Positions 36,918 to 47,373 are shown, numbered from the stretch's first letter. The stretch is 64,000 nt of DNA from an uncultured Bdellovibrio sp. (GCA_964590635.1 CAZPYX010000001.1:550-64549); one strand, 5' to 3'. The notes: generated by a model from the letters alone, not told the origin. Numbers and translations are program-made.

Positions 36918-38273
36918 GTGCTTAGAGAGGATTTTGTGAAGCGCGTTTTTAGCCGAATCACAGCAGCAATTTTCATCGCGTCAGGCTTTTGCACCATGAC
37001 GACTCTCGGAGGCTGCTCCTCCAATCCTGACTCTGCAAACGTCTCAGGGGACATTAAGGTCCTTGCTCCCATGAATGATGCCAAGTCGGCGTCAAACTAC
37101 TCGTTGTCGTTTATTGAGCTGAGCGGGTTGAGCAATTTGCAGGAAGTTTCAGGTCGGTTTGTTAAGTTCTTTTTTAGTCCTCGTATTATCGACAATCATT
37201 TGAATGGCGAAGCCCCTAAGGGGAAGTTCATTCGCAACAACGATGGCAACTATATTCCAGCCAACGATATTTCGCAGCAAATGGTCGTAATCTACGCACA
37301 CATGCAACGTCTTGCTGAGATGGACAAAGAAGTCGGCGCAGAGAACGTCAATAAGTGGCCCCGTGATGTTGGTATTGGCGTCAAAGTTAAAGGCGGCATG
37401 AGAAACAACGCTTTTTATGACGGTAAAACAGATTCGATGTTGATCGTGCCGTACACTCAACAGGATCTTCCGATTGCGATCAATGCGGGAATTCTCGCAC
37501 ATGAGCATTTTCATTCTTTGTTTTATAAACTAGTTCTTAAGGGACTTGGGCAAGCGGCTTCTAATCATGATCGCGCCTTGTTTCTGCGTGAGTCAGGCAT
37601 CCAAGATCTTGAGCAGACGCCTTCTTCGATGGGACGCATAGAAGGTCGCGTGACTCCGTTGCAGCCTAATGACCAAGATTCTGAAGAAGTTCATACTTAC
37701 TATCATTCAGCTTTGTTGCGCGGAATTAACGAAGGCCTCGCGGATTTCTGGGGTTGGATGTATACGGGCAATCCTGATTTTATCGCAGCCTCACTTCCGT
37801 CAGAGAAAGTCGCTCGTTCTTTGAACGTCCGCAATGTATTGGCTGTGAATTCTCTTCCGACAGAGATTGCAATCAGAAGAACTATCGGAGTTTATATCTC
37901 TTACGATCCAAATAACGTCGATGGATCTTTGACAGGTTATGCCTATACTTTAGGAACACAGTTTTCGCGCTTCTTGAAAAGACTTTCTGATATCTCCGCA
38001 AAGTCTCACAATCTTGAAGACAAAGACGCTCGCAAAGAGATCGCGAAGTTGGTTGTTCAAGTTTTGCCATTGCTTCGTACGGATCTTGATAAGACAAGTG
38101 ACGGAAGCTACTACAGCTCTGTGCAATTCGTGAATGCTCTGGCTTCAGTGATGCCCGAGATGAATGAGCAGGAGTGCCAATACCTTGCAGAGGTCTTTGC
38201 GAACTCTTCTGGAAATGCAGATGTTAAAAAGACCTGCAAGCAAGATGGTTCTTGGAAATTGGTAGCGGAGTAG
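36918..38273 (+). CDS. Lipoprotein zinc metallopeptidase (gluzincin, M4/M36-like)
   Basis: Lipobox LGGC, NNAFYD, HEHFH (HExxH) and downstream INEGLADF; exact start uncertain. Confidence 0.7.
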   Translation: MLREDFVKRVFSRITAAIFIASGFCTMTTLGGCSSNPDSANVSGDIKVLAPMNDAKSASNYSLSFIELSGLSNLQEVSGRFVKFFFSPRIIDNHLNGEAPKGKFIRNNDGNYIPANDISQQMVVIYAHMQRLAEMDKEVGAENVNKWPRDVGIGVKVKGGMRNNAFYDGKTDSMLIVPYTQQDLPIAINAGILAHEHFHSLFYKLVLKGLGQAASNHDRALFLRESGIQDLEQTPSSMGRIEGRVTPLQPNDQDSEEVHTYYHSALLRGINEGLADFWGWMYTGNPDFIAASLPSEKVARSLNVRNVLAVNSLPTEIAIRRTIGVYISYDPNNVDGSLTGYAYTLGTQFSRFLKRLSDISAKSHNLEDKDARKEIAKLVVQVLPLLRTDLDKTSDGSYYSSVQFVNALASVMPEMNEQECQYLAEVFANSSGNADVKKTCKQDGSWKLVAE

Positions 38274-38276
38274 TTC

Positions 38277-38885
38277 ATGAAATTCATCTTGGCGGGATTC
38301 TTTCTTTTATGTTCAATCACTGCGACTGCGCAGGAGTCACGCTTAAAAACTCCTCAGTCGAATCCCGAGTCCAGTTTGCAACTTTATCCAGTGGGAATGG
38401 AATTGCGTTATGAACGCAATAACGAGCAAGACTTTCAAACTAATACATTCTGGAATTATGCTTTTGCCTATCAACGTGCGAATCTTTCGGCTCTTTTTGA
38501 GTACTCTAATTACACAGAAAGTAGCGGGAATTCCACGACCAGCATTGATCACACCCATCAAGAACTGACTTTGTGGGGACGTTGGCATTTCTTAACAACG
38601 AAAAAAGAATTGCTGCCGTTGCAAATTTCTATTTATGGCGGCTTGGGCGTTGGCGCCTATCAAGACGAAGTGAAGACCACATTTATGGGAACCTCTCAGA
38701 ATGATAAATCGGGAACTAAGGTTCTTACTGGATTAAGTCTGGGCAGTGATTTGCGATATAGCTTTACAAAAGATGTTGGTGCCATTGCTGCTATCGAAGG
38801 CCGTACTCTTTTCTCGAGTGACTTTGATCCGAACCCCACTTTCAGTGCGGTAGCTCGACTGGGAATTTTCATTCCACTGAACTGA
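38277..38885 (+). CDS. Secreted, probable outer-membrane beta-barrel protein
   Basis: Signal peptide and alternating aromatic/hydrophobic strands; 3 nt after the peptidase stop. Confidence 0.65.
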   Translation: MKFILAGFFLLCSITATAQESRLKTPQSNPESSLQLYPVGMELRYERNNEQDFQTNTFWNYAFAYQRANLSALFEYSNYTESSGNSTTSIDHTHQELTLWGRWHFLTTKKELLPLQISIYGGLGVGAYQDEVKTTFMGTSQNDKSGTKVLTGLSLGSDLRYSFTKDVGAIAAIEGRTLFSSDFDPNPTFSAVARLGIFIPLN

Positions 38886-39003
38886 GCTCGTTAAACCCTG
38901 CGCCCTCATAAGTATTCAAAATAAGTATGATCTTGACAACTATGGCATGCCCCTTGGAAATGGAGTGAACAACCATGATCTTGGGGGCCGCTTGTCGAAA
39001 CAC

Positions 39004-40104
39004 ATGACTTTACGACTGATAATTTCTTGGGTGACCGTATTATGCTTTGTCTTCTTTCTTTCTACGTGGTTGGAGGATCTTAGTTCGCCCGTAGTCTTGA
39101 CCACTTTATTTCTTTGGCTCTTCGGTGTGATCTTGTGGTCAGCGTTCGGGGTTGTACACGAAGCAGAGGAGTTGGCCTTGGCATTGGGGGAACCCTACGG
39201 AACTCTGATCTTAACTCTTTCTATCGTTGTCATTGAAGTCGCTTTGATTGCAGCTGTGATGCTGGGATCGAAGGAAGTTCCAACGCTGGGACGTGATACA
39301 ATGTTTGCGGTTCTGATGATTGTATTAAATGGTGTCGTGGGACTTGGATTGTTCATCGGAGGTTTCAAACATCGCGAGCAGTCTTACAATCTTCAAGGAG
39401 CGGCTTCTTATTTAGCAGTGTTGATTCCGTTGACCTCGATCGCATTGATCCTTCCAAACTTCACGACATCATCAACGGGTGGAACTTTGACTCCATTGCA
39501 GGCCGGGGCATTTTCGTTATTCACCATCGCCTTGTATGGAGTGTTCTTGATCACTCAAACGGGACGGCACAGAGCTTTCTATGTGCACATTGAGGAAAGT
39601 GGACCTGTGGGAATTACTTTAGCGCATTCTGGAAAAGTAGAGGGCGATAAATCTGCTTTGCACAAGCATGTGATACTGTTATTCGCAAATATTCTTCCCA
39701 TCGTATTATTATCTAAAGGTTTGGCGAAGATCCTGGATTACGGAATCGTATCGTTGGGTTTGCCAACAGCTTTGGGCGGTGTGGTCATTGCGGCGATTGT
39801 ATTTGCACCGGAAGGTATCAGTGCTTTGAAAGCAGTAGCCAGAAATGATTTGCAGCGTGCGATCAATCTTTGCTTGGGGGCCGCGACTTCGACGGTGGGA
39901 TTGACGGTGCCGGTGGTTTTGGCCATTGGTATTTTCTCAAAACAAACGGTGATCTTAGGTCTTCGTCCTACAGAGATGACATTACTGGCGATCACTTTGA
40001 TTTTGAGTTCACTGACTTTTTCAAATCGTCGCACGACTTTATTGGAAGGCTCTGTGCATATCGTGGTCTTCTTGGTTTATTTAGTGTTGGTTTTCAATCC
40101 CTAG
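39004..40104 (+). CDS. chaA: Ca2+/H+ antiporter (CaCA family)
   Basis: GEPYGTLIL..IEV and APEGISA..NLCLG alpha-repeats; about 11 TM; start moved to ATG 39004. Confidence 0.88.
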   Translation: MTLRLIISWVTVLCFVFFLSTWLEDLSSPVVLTTLFLWLFGVILWSAFGVVHEAEELALALGEPYGTLILTLSIVVIEVALIAAVMLGSKEVPTLGRDTMFAVLMIVLNGVVGLGLFIGGFKHREQSYNLQGAASYLAVLIPLTSIALILPNFTTSSTGGTLTPLQAGAFSLFTIALYGVFLITQTGRHRAFYVHIEESGPVGITLAHSGKVEGDKSALHKHVILLFANILPIVLLSKGLAKILDYGIVSLGLPTALGGVVIAAIVFAPEGISALKAVARNDLQRAINLCLGAATSTVGLTVPVVLAIGIFSKQTVILGLRPTEMTLLAITLILSSLTFSNRRTTLLEGSVHIVVFLVYLVLVFNP

Positions 40105-40113
40105 GAATTTTTC

Positions 40114-41253
40114 ATGAGCGAAATTATTGATAAGAGTCAGGCCAGACTCATTTGGTTGCATGCACAAAGACTTGAGACTTCGGCACCTTTTGGAAGTGGA
40201 GCAAAAGCCACTCGGGCCGCCATTGAACACTTGGGCTATGTGCAGATTGATACGATCAATGTCATTGAACGCAGCCATCACCATATTCTTTTCAATCGTA
40301 TTCCTCGCTATAAAAGAAAAGATCTGCATCAATCTCAAGCGATAGATAAAACAGTTTTTGAGTATTGGACTCATGCATTGGCTTATGTACCAACGAAGGA
40401 CTATCGGTTTTTTATGGGGCAGATGCTCGGAATGAAAAAGCATCCGGCTTCTTGGTTTCGAAGTGTTTCTAAGGAAGATAGCCAAAAGGTTCTTCGCCTG
40501 ATCAAAAAAGAGGGAGCGATTTCTATTCGCGATATTAACGATGATGTCTTAGTGGAAAAGAATCATCCCTGGGCCAGCGAAAAGCCATCCAAGAAGGCCT
40601 TGCAGTTAGGATTTCATACAGGGCAGTTTGTTATCAGTGAACGTGTCGGGATGTTGAAGAAGTATGAACTGACCGCGCGCCATTTTGATTGGGATAAGGC
40701 GCCTAAGGCGGCTACGGAAAAAGAAGTTTTAGAGTACCTGTTGGAAAGATCTTTGCGCTCTCAAGGATTGGTCAGTTTGGATTCAATTTGCTATTTAGAT
40801 GCAAAAAATAAATCGGCGATCAAAAAGTTGATTGAGGCCAAGGTAAAGCAGGGCACAATGCTTCCGGTTCACTTCCGCGGCGAAGAAAAGATTCAGTATT
40901 GGGTTCAACCAGAAGTTTTTGAAGAAGATCTTCAGCTGCAAGAAGAGATCACCCATATTCTATCGCCATTCGATCCTCTTATTATTCAGCGCAAGCGCTT
41001 AAAAACATTTTTTGATTATGATCATCGTTTTGAGGCGTATCTTCCGAAGGAAAAAAGAGTTTTCGGATACTTTGCGTTGCCTGTCCTGGTAGATGACCAA
41101 ATTGTCGCCTCTGTGGATTTAAAAACGGATCGCCAAGAAGGGGAGCTGCTGATTCAAAAATGGAATTGGATTGGCAAAGGAAAGTCAGCGGCTAACAAGA
41201 AGCGCATCGAAGAAGAGCTTTACCGCTTTGAAAAGTTTCAGCTAGAAAAATAA
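40114..41253 (+). CDS. YcaQ/AlkZ-family winged-helix DNA glycosylase
   Basis: YVQIDTI (QxD), FEYWTH, LSPFDPLI..R, RVFGYFALP motifs. Confidence 0.85.
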   Translation: MSEIIDKSQARLIWLHAQRLETSAPFGSGAKATRAAIEHLGYVQIDTINVIERSHHHILFNRIPRYKRKDLHQSQAIDKTVFEYWTHALAYVPTKDYRFFMGQMLGMKKHPASWFRSVSKEDSQKVLRLIKKEGAISIRDINDDVLVEKNHPWASEKPSKKALQLGFHTGQFVISERVGMLKKYELTARHFDWDKAPKAATEKEVLEYLLERSLRSQGLVSLDSICYLDAKNKSAIKKLIEAKVKQGTMLPVHFRGEEKIQYWVQPEVFEEDLQLQEEITHILSPFDPLIIQRKRLKTFFDYDHRFEAYLPKEKRVFGYFALPVLVDDQIVASVDLKTDRQEGELLIQKWNWIGKGKSAANKKRIEEELYRFEKFQLEK

Positions 41254-41254
41254 A

Positions 41255-41285
41255 AAAAAGCCTGCGTTGAATACGCAGGCTTTTT
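41255..41285. terminator. Bidirectional terminator
   Basis: A-run, GCCTGCGT-tgaat-ACGCAGGC, T-run. Confidence 0.85.
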
Positions 41286-41313
41286 CTTTATGAGCGATAG
41301 GAAGTAAGAAAGA

Positions 41314-42111
41314 TTACTCAGTAATTTTTTGAACGATCGCAGAGCCTACTTTAGCTTTGCTCAAAATCTCTGTTCTGTACGTCGCAGCTTCTTTAGGAGT
41401 TGCGAATTGTCCAACACTTACGCGGAACCAAGTTTTACCTTTAATGTTCGCTGGTACGTAGAATGCGCTGTAACCTTTGTCTTTAAGATCAGAGGCGAAT
41501 TTTTGAGCTTCAGCTTCGTCAGCATAAGAAGCAACTTGCACTGTGAATTTGCCAACAGTGTAAGCGGCAACGTCTTTTGGAAGTGAAGAAGGAACGCGTG
41601 CTTCTTTAGTAGTAGCAGTTGTTGCTTTGTGCTCAGTAGCAATTGGATTTTTACCAGCAGCGATTTCTTTAGCAGCAGAAGAAGGCTCATTAGCTTTAGA
41701 TACTGGTGTCGCTTTTTCTTTTCCGTGAGCTGGCTTTTGGGCGTCAGCTTTAGCGTCTCTTTGCTCAGCAACTGTGGCTTCGCCATGACCAGCTTCTGCT
41801 TTGTGTTCGCCGTGTTCTTCATCAGTTTTTGCAGTTTCAGTTGAAGGAGTTGTTTCATCAGCAACGAACTCTTCTGCAAGCTTAGCGATCTCTGCGTCAG
41901 TCATTGTGCCAGAAGCTTTCTTTTCGCCTTCTTCTTCATGAACAGAAGCCACTTCGCGATCTGCTTTTTCACCTTTTTGAGGTTCTAGTTGAGACAATTG
42001 ATGTTGATTGTCACTGTACTTTTTGCCAACGAAAGTTCCGATAGAGAAAGAGAGTAAAGTAAGAAAGAAAACTAATACTAGTTTTACGACACCATCGGTC
42101 TTTGCAGCCAT
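41314..42111 (-). CDS. SPOR-domain membrane protein
   Basis: N-terminal TM, charged linker, C-terminal FTVQVASY..WFRVSVGQF SPOR motif. Confidence 0.88.
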   Translation of the reverse strand: MAAKTDGVVKLVLVFFLTLLSFSIGTFVGKKYSDNQHQLSQLEPQKGEKADREVASVHEEEGEKKASGTMTDAEIAKLAEEFVADETTPSTETAKTDEEHGEHKAEAGHGEATVAEQRDAKADAQKPAHGKEKATPVSKANEPSSAAKEIAAGKNPIATEHKATTATTKEARVPSSLPKDVAAYTVGKFTVQVASYADEAEAQKFASDLKDKGYSAFYVPANIKGKTWFRVSVGQFATPKEAATYRTEILSKAKVGSAIVQKITE

Positions 42112-42243
42112 TTTTTGAATCCTCATAAGTTTAAACTCGCTTGAATGCTTAAGTTTCGGGCCCTTCCTTTGGCCGTATATCCATGTTAGCGTTAAGTCGC
42201 GTAACAGGTCAATAACCTGACGCCCTTGCCTGAAGGGGAAATC

Positions 42244-43083
42244 ATGAAAAATAGCGTAGAATCAATGAATTGGGAACAGGTCTTAGGTACGGCTATCAAG
42301 GCTGTCAGCTTAGGGCGTGAAGTGCTTCTCAATTATTTCGGCAACTTAGAACACGTCGAAGAAAAGTTCCAAGCCGGTTTGGTCAGTGAAGCTGACAAAG
42401 AATCAGAGCGTGTCATTGCGGAGCATCTCAAGAAAAATTTTCCGTCCATAGAATTTTTGGGTGAGGAGTCCTATGCGGCTGGGGCTAAGGTCCAGTGGCA
42501 AAGCGCGGGTCCCCAGGGCCGTTGGATCTTGGATCCCTTGGATGGCACCACCAACTACATTCATCGCTTTCCAATTTTTTGCATTAGCTTAGGTTTAGAG
42601 ATCAACGGAGAAATTCAACTCGCCGTGATTGATGTTCCGATGTTGAAAGAAACCTACACCGCAATCCGTGGTAAAGGCGCTTTCGTTAACGGGCGTCCTT
42701 TGAGTGTTAGCAAGACGAATGAATTCAAAGAGGCCTTTTTGGCGACGGGCTTTGTGGCAGAACACGAACATATTATTTCAGAGCAATTAAAAATATTTGG
42801 ACACATCGTGCGCAAGTGCCGAGGTGTTCGTCGTCCTGGAGCTGCCGCTTATGATCTATGTCAGGTCGCACGCGGTGTCTTTGATGGTTACTGGGAGCGC
42901 AATATTCAACCATGGGATGCCGCCGCCGGAATTCTTTTAGTCGAAGAGGCGGGGGGTAAAGTTACCACTTATAGAGGAGATAAATACAATCCCTATAAGA
43001 ACTCGATCATCGCAGGCTCTGCAGCCGTTGTAGAGCAGTTGCAGAAGGAGATTGCACCGTTTATCAGTGAGGGAACTCATTAA
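42244..43083 (+). CDS. suhB: Inositol monophosphatase family protein
   Basis: GEES, WILDPLDGTTNY, WDAAAG. Confidence 0.93.
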   Translation: MKNSVESMNWEQVLGTAIKAVSLGREVLLNYFGNLEHVEEKFQAGLVSEADKESERVIAEHLKKNFPSIEFLGEESYAAGAKVQWQSAGPQGRWILDPLDGTTNYIHRFPIFCISLGLEINGEIQLAVIDVPMLKETYTAIRGKGAFVNGRPLSVSKTNEFKEAFLATGFVAEHEHIISEQLKIFGHIVRKCRGVRRPGAAAYDLCQVARGVFDGYWERNIQPWDAAAGILLVEEAGGKVTTYRGDKYNPYKNSIIAGSAAVVEQLQKEIAPFISEGTH

Positions 43084-43094
43084 GGTGTGATCTG

Positions 43095-43132
43095 AAAAAG
43101 CAATGCCCCTTTTATCGAGGGAGCATTGCTTT
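43095..43132. terminator. Terminator between convergent genes
   Basis: AAAGCAATGC-CCCT..AGGG-A-GCATTGCTTT stem. Confidence 0.65.
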
Positions 43133-43135
43133 GAA

Positions 43136-43492
43136 TTAAGCAGCTTGTCTTGAAAAGATCGCGATGACAGAGATGCCGATAATCACCAAAGCCGTGCCCA
43201 GCCATTGTGGCAAAGTGAGGTTTTGTTTATCAATCACCATTTCCAGGAAAGTGCCCCAAAGAAATGTTGTGGCATAGATTGGAAATACAACGGAAATTTT
43301 CCCACCCAAGCGATAGGCAATTATAAAAAGAGCCATCACCACGCAAAAACTTAAAATACCCAAGAGGATATTCCAGTTCTGATAAAGTGGGATATCCTTC
43401 ATTTTAGAAGCGCCGACTTTATAAAAGTACTGTCCGCCCGCGCCGAATAAAGCTGCAATCAAATTCAAAATAATAGGAATGGTTTGATTCAT
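43136..43492 (-). CDS. Small four-TM DMT/EamA-like transporter
   Basis: 118 aa, four hydrophobic helices, ISVVFPI and QWLGTALVIIGI. Confidence 0.75.
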   Translation of the reverse strand: MNQTIPIILNLIAALFGAGGQYFYKVGASKMKDIPLYQNWNILLGILSFCVVMALFIIAYRLGGKISVVFPIYATTFLWGTFLEMVIDKQNLTLPQWLGTALVIIGISVIAIFSRQAA

Positions 43493-43514
43493 TTTTATAT
43501 TCCTTATTCTACAT

Positions 43515-44438
43515 TTAGATCATGTATTTAAATGCGTAGAAGAAAATGATGGACGTTAAAGCTAAAGAGTCGACGCGGTCCAAAAGACCACATTGTCCTG
43601 GGATCGAAGTCCAAAGAGCTTAGATATTCAGATCACGTTTGATGGCAGAGAACGTGATGTCCCCGAAGAAGCCAGTCAAGGCAATCAAAGCACCCAAGAT
43701 CATCGCTTGAATCGGAGTGGTTCCAATGAATCCGGCAAGAGTATAAGACAACGCTGTGGTTGAAAGAACGCCGCCGATAAGGCCTTCCACGGTCTTCTTA
43801 GGAGAAATCTCTGGACATACTTTTGTTTTGCCAAAGATTTTTCCCCAAGTAAATTGGAAAACGTCGTTGATTTCGGTCGCAAGAATTAAAAACAGAATCA
43901 AATGATATTTCTGATCGTGGCTCGCCAAAGTAATGTTTGGAGAATAGAGTAGTGCGATGTGTGAAAAACTAAAGACAGTCATCATCAGTGACCAATGGAT
44001 CACTCCCATGGTGCGGCTAACGTTTTCAGTCGTGCCAGAAACCACGCTGCGTAAACTCAAAGCCAAGAACACCATAACCGGGATGAATGTTAGAAACAGT
44101 GAATATTCATTGTAATAAGCAAGAAGGTATTGAATTGGAATCGCACAATAACAAATGCGTAAAACTTTTTTATGATCTTGGCTGAGGTTGTATTTGCTGA
44201 TGATTTCATGAAACGCAAAAATAGATAAAGTCATAAGACTTAAAGTGGCAACGATATCATTCATGAATAGGCAAACGGAAGCCACGGTGATCATTGCCCA
44301 CCATGAAAGTGTTCTTTCGATCAGTTCAGAAATTAATTTGCCGGGACCTTTTATCCAACGAACGATTGCAAAGATAGAAGTCAAAATAGTCAGCAAAGAA
44401 TAGATAGAGATCAACGCGCCCGAGAGTGATGAATTCAT
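43515..44438 (-). pseudogene. Phosphatidate cytidylyltransferase (YnbB/CdsA-like) with an in-frame stop, or a sequence error
   Basis: GKIFGKTK..ISPKKTVEG, GDITFSAIKR; TAA at 43620-43622, then the same frame reads ALWTSIPGQCGLLDRVDSL..MI to a stop at 43515. Confidence 0.8.
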
Positions 44439-45091
44439 TTCTCCTCCTGGCGAGAATTAAGACTTTGCGACAAGTTTGAGATACGACGAATGATCGTAAT
44501 GACAAGTCCGATAAGCAGAACCCACATAGACACATAGATAGCGTCGACGTTAAAAATAAGTTCAACCAAAGCTGCCACGGAAAGCAAAGCCATGCGATGC
44601 TGTTTTGCCATGGGACCCAGATATTTGTGACCGTTGCCGAGGGAGGCTCCCAAAGCACGAATGTAGGCAGTCATTGTCGCCAGGAAGATATTCACCCAAG
44701 TTAAGGTCATGGCAAGATCGTGACTTTGACAATAAAGACCCGCACCTAAGATAAGAATAGCATCTCCGACGCGATCTGGGACTTCATTGTAGATATCACC
44801 CACCGCAGATTTCTTTTTAAACTCGATGGCAACCATTCCGTCCATCATATTGCAAAGAAGACGAGTTTGAATTCCTAAGATTGCTAAGATTAATAGAAGA
44901 CGATTTCCTGTGGCGTGTGCAGCTGCGAAAGCCGCAAGGCCTCCAAGTGCGCAGACAATACTTAATACAGAGATTTGATTCGGCGAAATATTCGTAGTGG
45001 CAATAAGCTTGGCAAGCTTGTGAGCCCAGGCTTTATTGCGCGTCTTCAGCTCACGTCTTCCATCTAATACTTGGGCATTAGATGATTTCAT
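44435..45091 (-). CDS. CDP-alcohol phosphatidyltransferase (YnbA-like)
   Basis: DGMVA..G..NEVPDRVGD signature and GPMAKQHR; start moved to ATG 45091. Confidence 0.88.
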   Translation of the reverse strand: MKSSNAQVLDGRRELKTRNKAWAHKLAKLIATTNISPNQISVLSIVCALGGLAAFAAAHATGNRLLLILAILGIQTRLLCNMMDGMVAIEFKKKSAVGDIYNEVPDRVGDAILILGAGLYCQSHDLAMTLTWVNIFLATMTAYIRALGASLGNGHKYLGPMAKQHRMALLSVAALVELIFNVDAIYVSMWVLLIGLVITIIRRISNLSQSLNSRQEEK

Positions 45092-45529
45092 GAAGGGCCT
45101 CTGTGGGGTCAAAGCAAGCAGCATCGGACAAGTGTTTAGAGTTGGCCTTGGACTGAGGAACGAAGGCTTTGCAGAACGCGATGACAACAATCCATAAAAC
45201 GATGAGTGGAAGTAATGTCAGAAGTATGACTTTCGTTGCCATTGGAATACACCTTTGTTTTGGTTAATCTTTTATAAAGCAAAAGCCCCGCCATGGAGTG
45301 ATTTGTCAGGGTTTCATTTAATTGCCATTGGGACGCTGTTGGGAGGTACTCCCTGTCTAAGCATTGGACAGGGGGCAATAGGAGGGCATTTTTGGGAAGA
45401 CCGCTAACATTACAAGCCGAGCATTTTACGCGAATTGTTTTCAATATCTGAATTTTCTCACGACAGCTTAGGGGCTGCGTTTTAGATTGCCCCCGGTTCA
45501 AAAACATTCAAATAAATATTGGAGACTCC

Positions 45530-46321
45530 ATGAAATCATTGTTTAAGAAGGTTGTTCCGTTTGTATTTGTTATTTCTTCCGTTGCCGTCGCTGCTGGCTT
45601 TATCTCTAAAGAAGCAGTTAATCAAAAAGTTGCAGAGATCACTGCTCCTTACAATAACGAAAACACAAAGATGGAAATCAAATTCACAGATTTGAACGTT
45701 GATTCTATTCGTGCTTTGGATTTCGGTTTGAAAGCTTCAGTTTGGAAAAAAGGCCCGGAAAATGAAGTGAATTTGAAGTTGGATAACGTTCAATATCACT
45801 ATGGAGATGGTCAAAATCCAACGGCAACTGGTGCTTTGTCATTGAAGTTGGATCTTGTAAAAGCTTTTGGTCAACCGACTTTGAATTCTTTTGCAGAAGG
45901 TCTTGGAGAGATCGCTCAAGAAGTTGCCTCTACATACGGGCAAAAATATGGCGAAGCAGTGACTGTCGATGCTAAACTTGAGGAGTTGGTTAAAGATCAA
46001 CAGGGCAACGTTGTGACAGCTAAACTTCATGTCGCAGTTGTTATCGACTTCAATAAACTTCCTGCGAATCTTAAAGTGGAAGATGTTGAATTTAAAAATA
46101 TCGAGGCTGAAGTTATTGCATCTCGCGGTGGCGTTGAAGGCTCTGTAAGCCTAGTTTTAAATTCAGCAAACAAGAGCTTCCAACAAGATCAACCGGGCTT
46201 GAAAGAGCTAGTTGATAAACTTTTGAAGGAAGATGCAGAGACTTACAAATCTTTGCAGGGTTTCGCGAATTTTTTGAACTCTTTGGCTGACAGTATTGTG
46301 AAGCAAAAAGCTCAACAATAG
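45530..46321 (+). CDS. Secreted hypothetical protein
   Basis: GGAG RBS, signal peptide ending AVAA, 263 aa. Confidence 0.8.
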   Translation: MKSLFKKVVPFVFVISSVAVAAGFISKEAVNQKVAEITAPYNNENTKMEIKFTDLNVDSIRALDFGLKASVWKKGPENEVNLKLDNVQYHYGDGQNPTATGALSLKLDLVKAFGQPTLNSFAEGLGEIAQEVASTYGQKYGEAVTVDAKLEELVKDQQGNVVTAKLHVAVVIDFNKLPANLKVEDVEFKNIEAEVIASRGGVEGSVSLVLNSANKSFQQDQPGLKELVDKLLKEDAETYKSLQGFANFLNSLADSIVKQKAQQ

Positions 46322-46350
46322 TTTTATCCAAAAATAGTTTAATATAAAAG

Positions 46351-46379
46351 AAGGCTGTCCGCGGACGGCCTTTTTTTTT
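46351..46379 (+). terminator. Intrinsic terminator
   Basis: AAGGCTGTCC-gc-GGACGGCC followed by a 9-T run. Confidence 0.8.
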
Positions 46380-46452
46380 GATCACGGCTCTGGAACTTTC
46401 TCGTTTCGAGCTTTCTCTTGCCTTTGTCGTTAAGACTGCTATCGTTTTTTTC

Positions 46453-47295
46453 ATGAAACACATCTTAATTACTGGCGCATCGACGGGCATTGGGCATGAA
46501 CTGACCGCAAAATTTCTTGAGCGAGGATATTTTGTTTGGGCGGGAGTAAGAAAGCCTGAAACTTTGGCAAGCTTGAAACAAAAATTTTCAGATCGCTTGG
46601 AAGTTTTAAAACTGGATGTGACAGTAAACTCTGACATTGAAAGCGCACACCAAAAGATCGCTCAAGCTGGAGTGACTGATTTTGCGTTGGTTAACAATGC
46701 CGGAATCGCTTTAGGTGGTCCGATTGAAGCCATCGAAATAGAAGAGTGGAAAAAACTCTTCGAAGTGAATGTTTTTGGATTGCTGCGGGTGACTCAGATC
46801 TTCTTGCCGTTATTGCGAAAAACCAAGGGACGGGTTGTGAATATAGGCTCCATCAGTGGCCGCATGTCGAGTCCTTTTCTAGCTCCCTACACCAGTTCTA
46901 AACATGCCGTCCGTGCAATAACGGACTCCTTAAGACGGGAGCTACGCAGTTTAGGAGTGAAGGTCGTTCTTATCGAACCCGGTCCAATCAAAACTGAAAT
47001 CTGGGATAAATCCATCGAGAGTAGCCGCAAACTAGAAACCAAAATCTCGCCAGAGCTACAATCCGTTTACGGAGAAGCCCTAGACAATCTAGTATTGGCA
47101 GTAGAAGAGGTCGCCAGAAATGCCGTTCCAACTTCCCACGTAACTGAAAAAGTAATCAAGGCCATCGAACTAGAAAACCCATACCCCTACTACCTAGTAG
47201 GAAAAGGCATCCACCTACAAGCACTCGTCCTCAGAGTAATACCAGTACGTTGGCTAGACGCCATCTTCGCCCGAGGATTCCGCTTCCAAAAATAG
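46453..47295 (+). CDS. SDR-family oxidoreductase
   Basis: TGASTGIG, NNAG, YTSSK; start moved to ATG 46453. Confidence 0.93.
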   Translation: MKHILITGASTGIGHELTAKFLERGYFVWAGVRKPETLASLKQKFSDRLEVLKLDVTVNSDIESAHQKIAQAGVTDFALVNNAGIALGGPIEAIEIEEWKKLFEVNVFGLLRVTQIFLPLLRKTKGRVVNIGSISGRMSSPFLAPYTSSKHAVRAITDSLRRELRSLGVKVVLIEPGPIKTEIWDKSIESSRKLETKISPELQSVYGEALDNLVLAVEEVARNAVPTSHVTEKVIKAIELENPYPYYLVGKGIHLQALVLRVIPVRWLDAIFARGFRFQK

Positions 47296-47367
47296 GTACG
47301 GACACACTTATGGTGTCGCAACCGCGTCAAATAACGCGTCAGCGACACCATAAGTGTGTCCGTACCT
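47294..47367. repeat. REP-like element with a perfect 26-bp inverted repeat
   Basis: AGGTACGGACACACTTATGGTGTCGC (47294-47319) and its exact reverse complement (47342-47367), with a 22-nt spacer. Confidence 0.9.
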
Positions 47368-47373
47368 TTCGGG

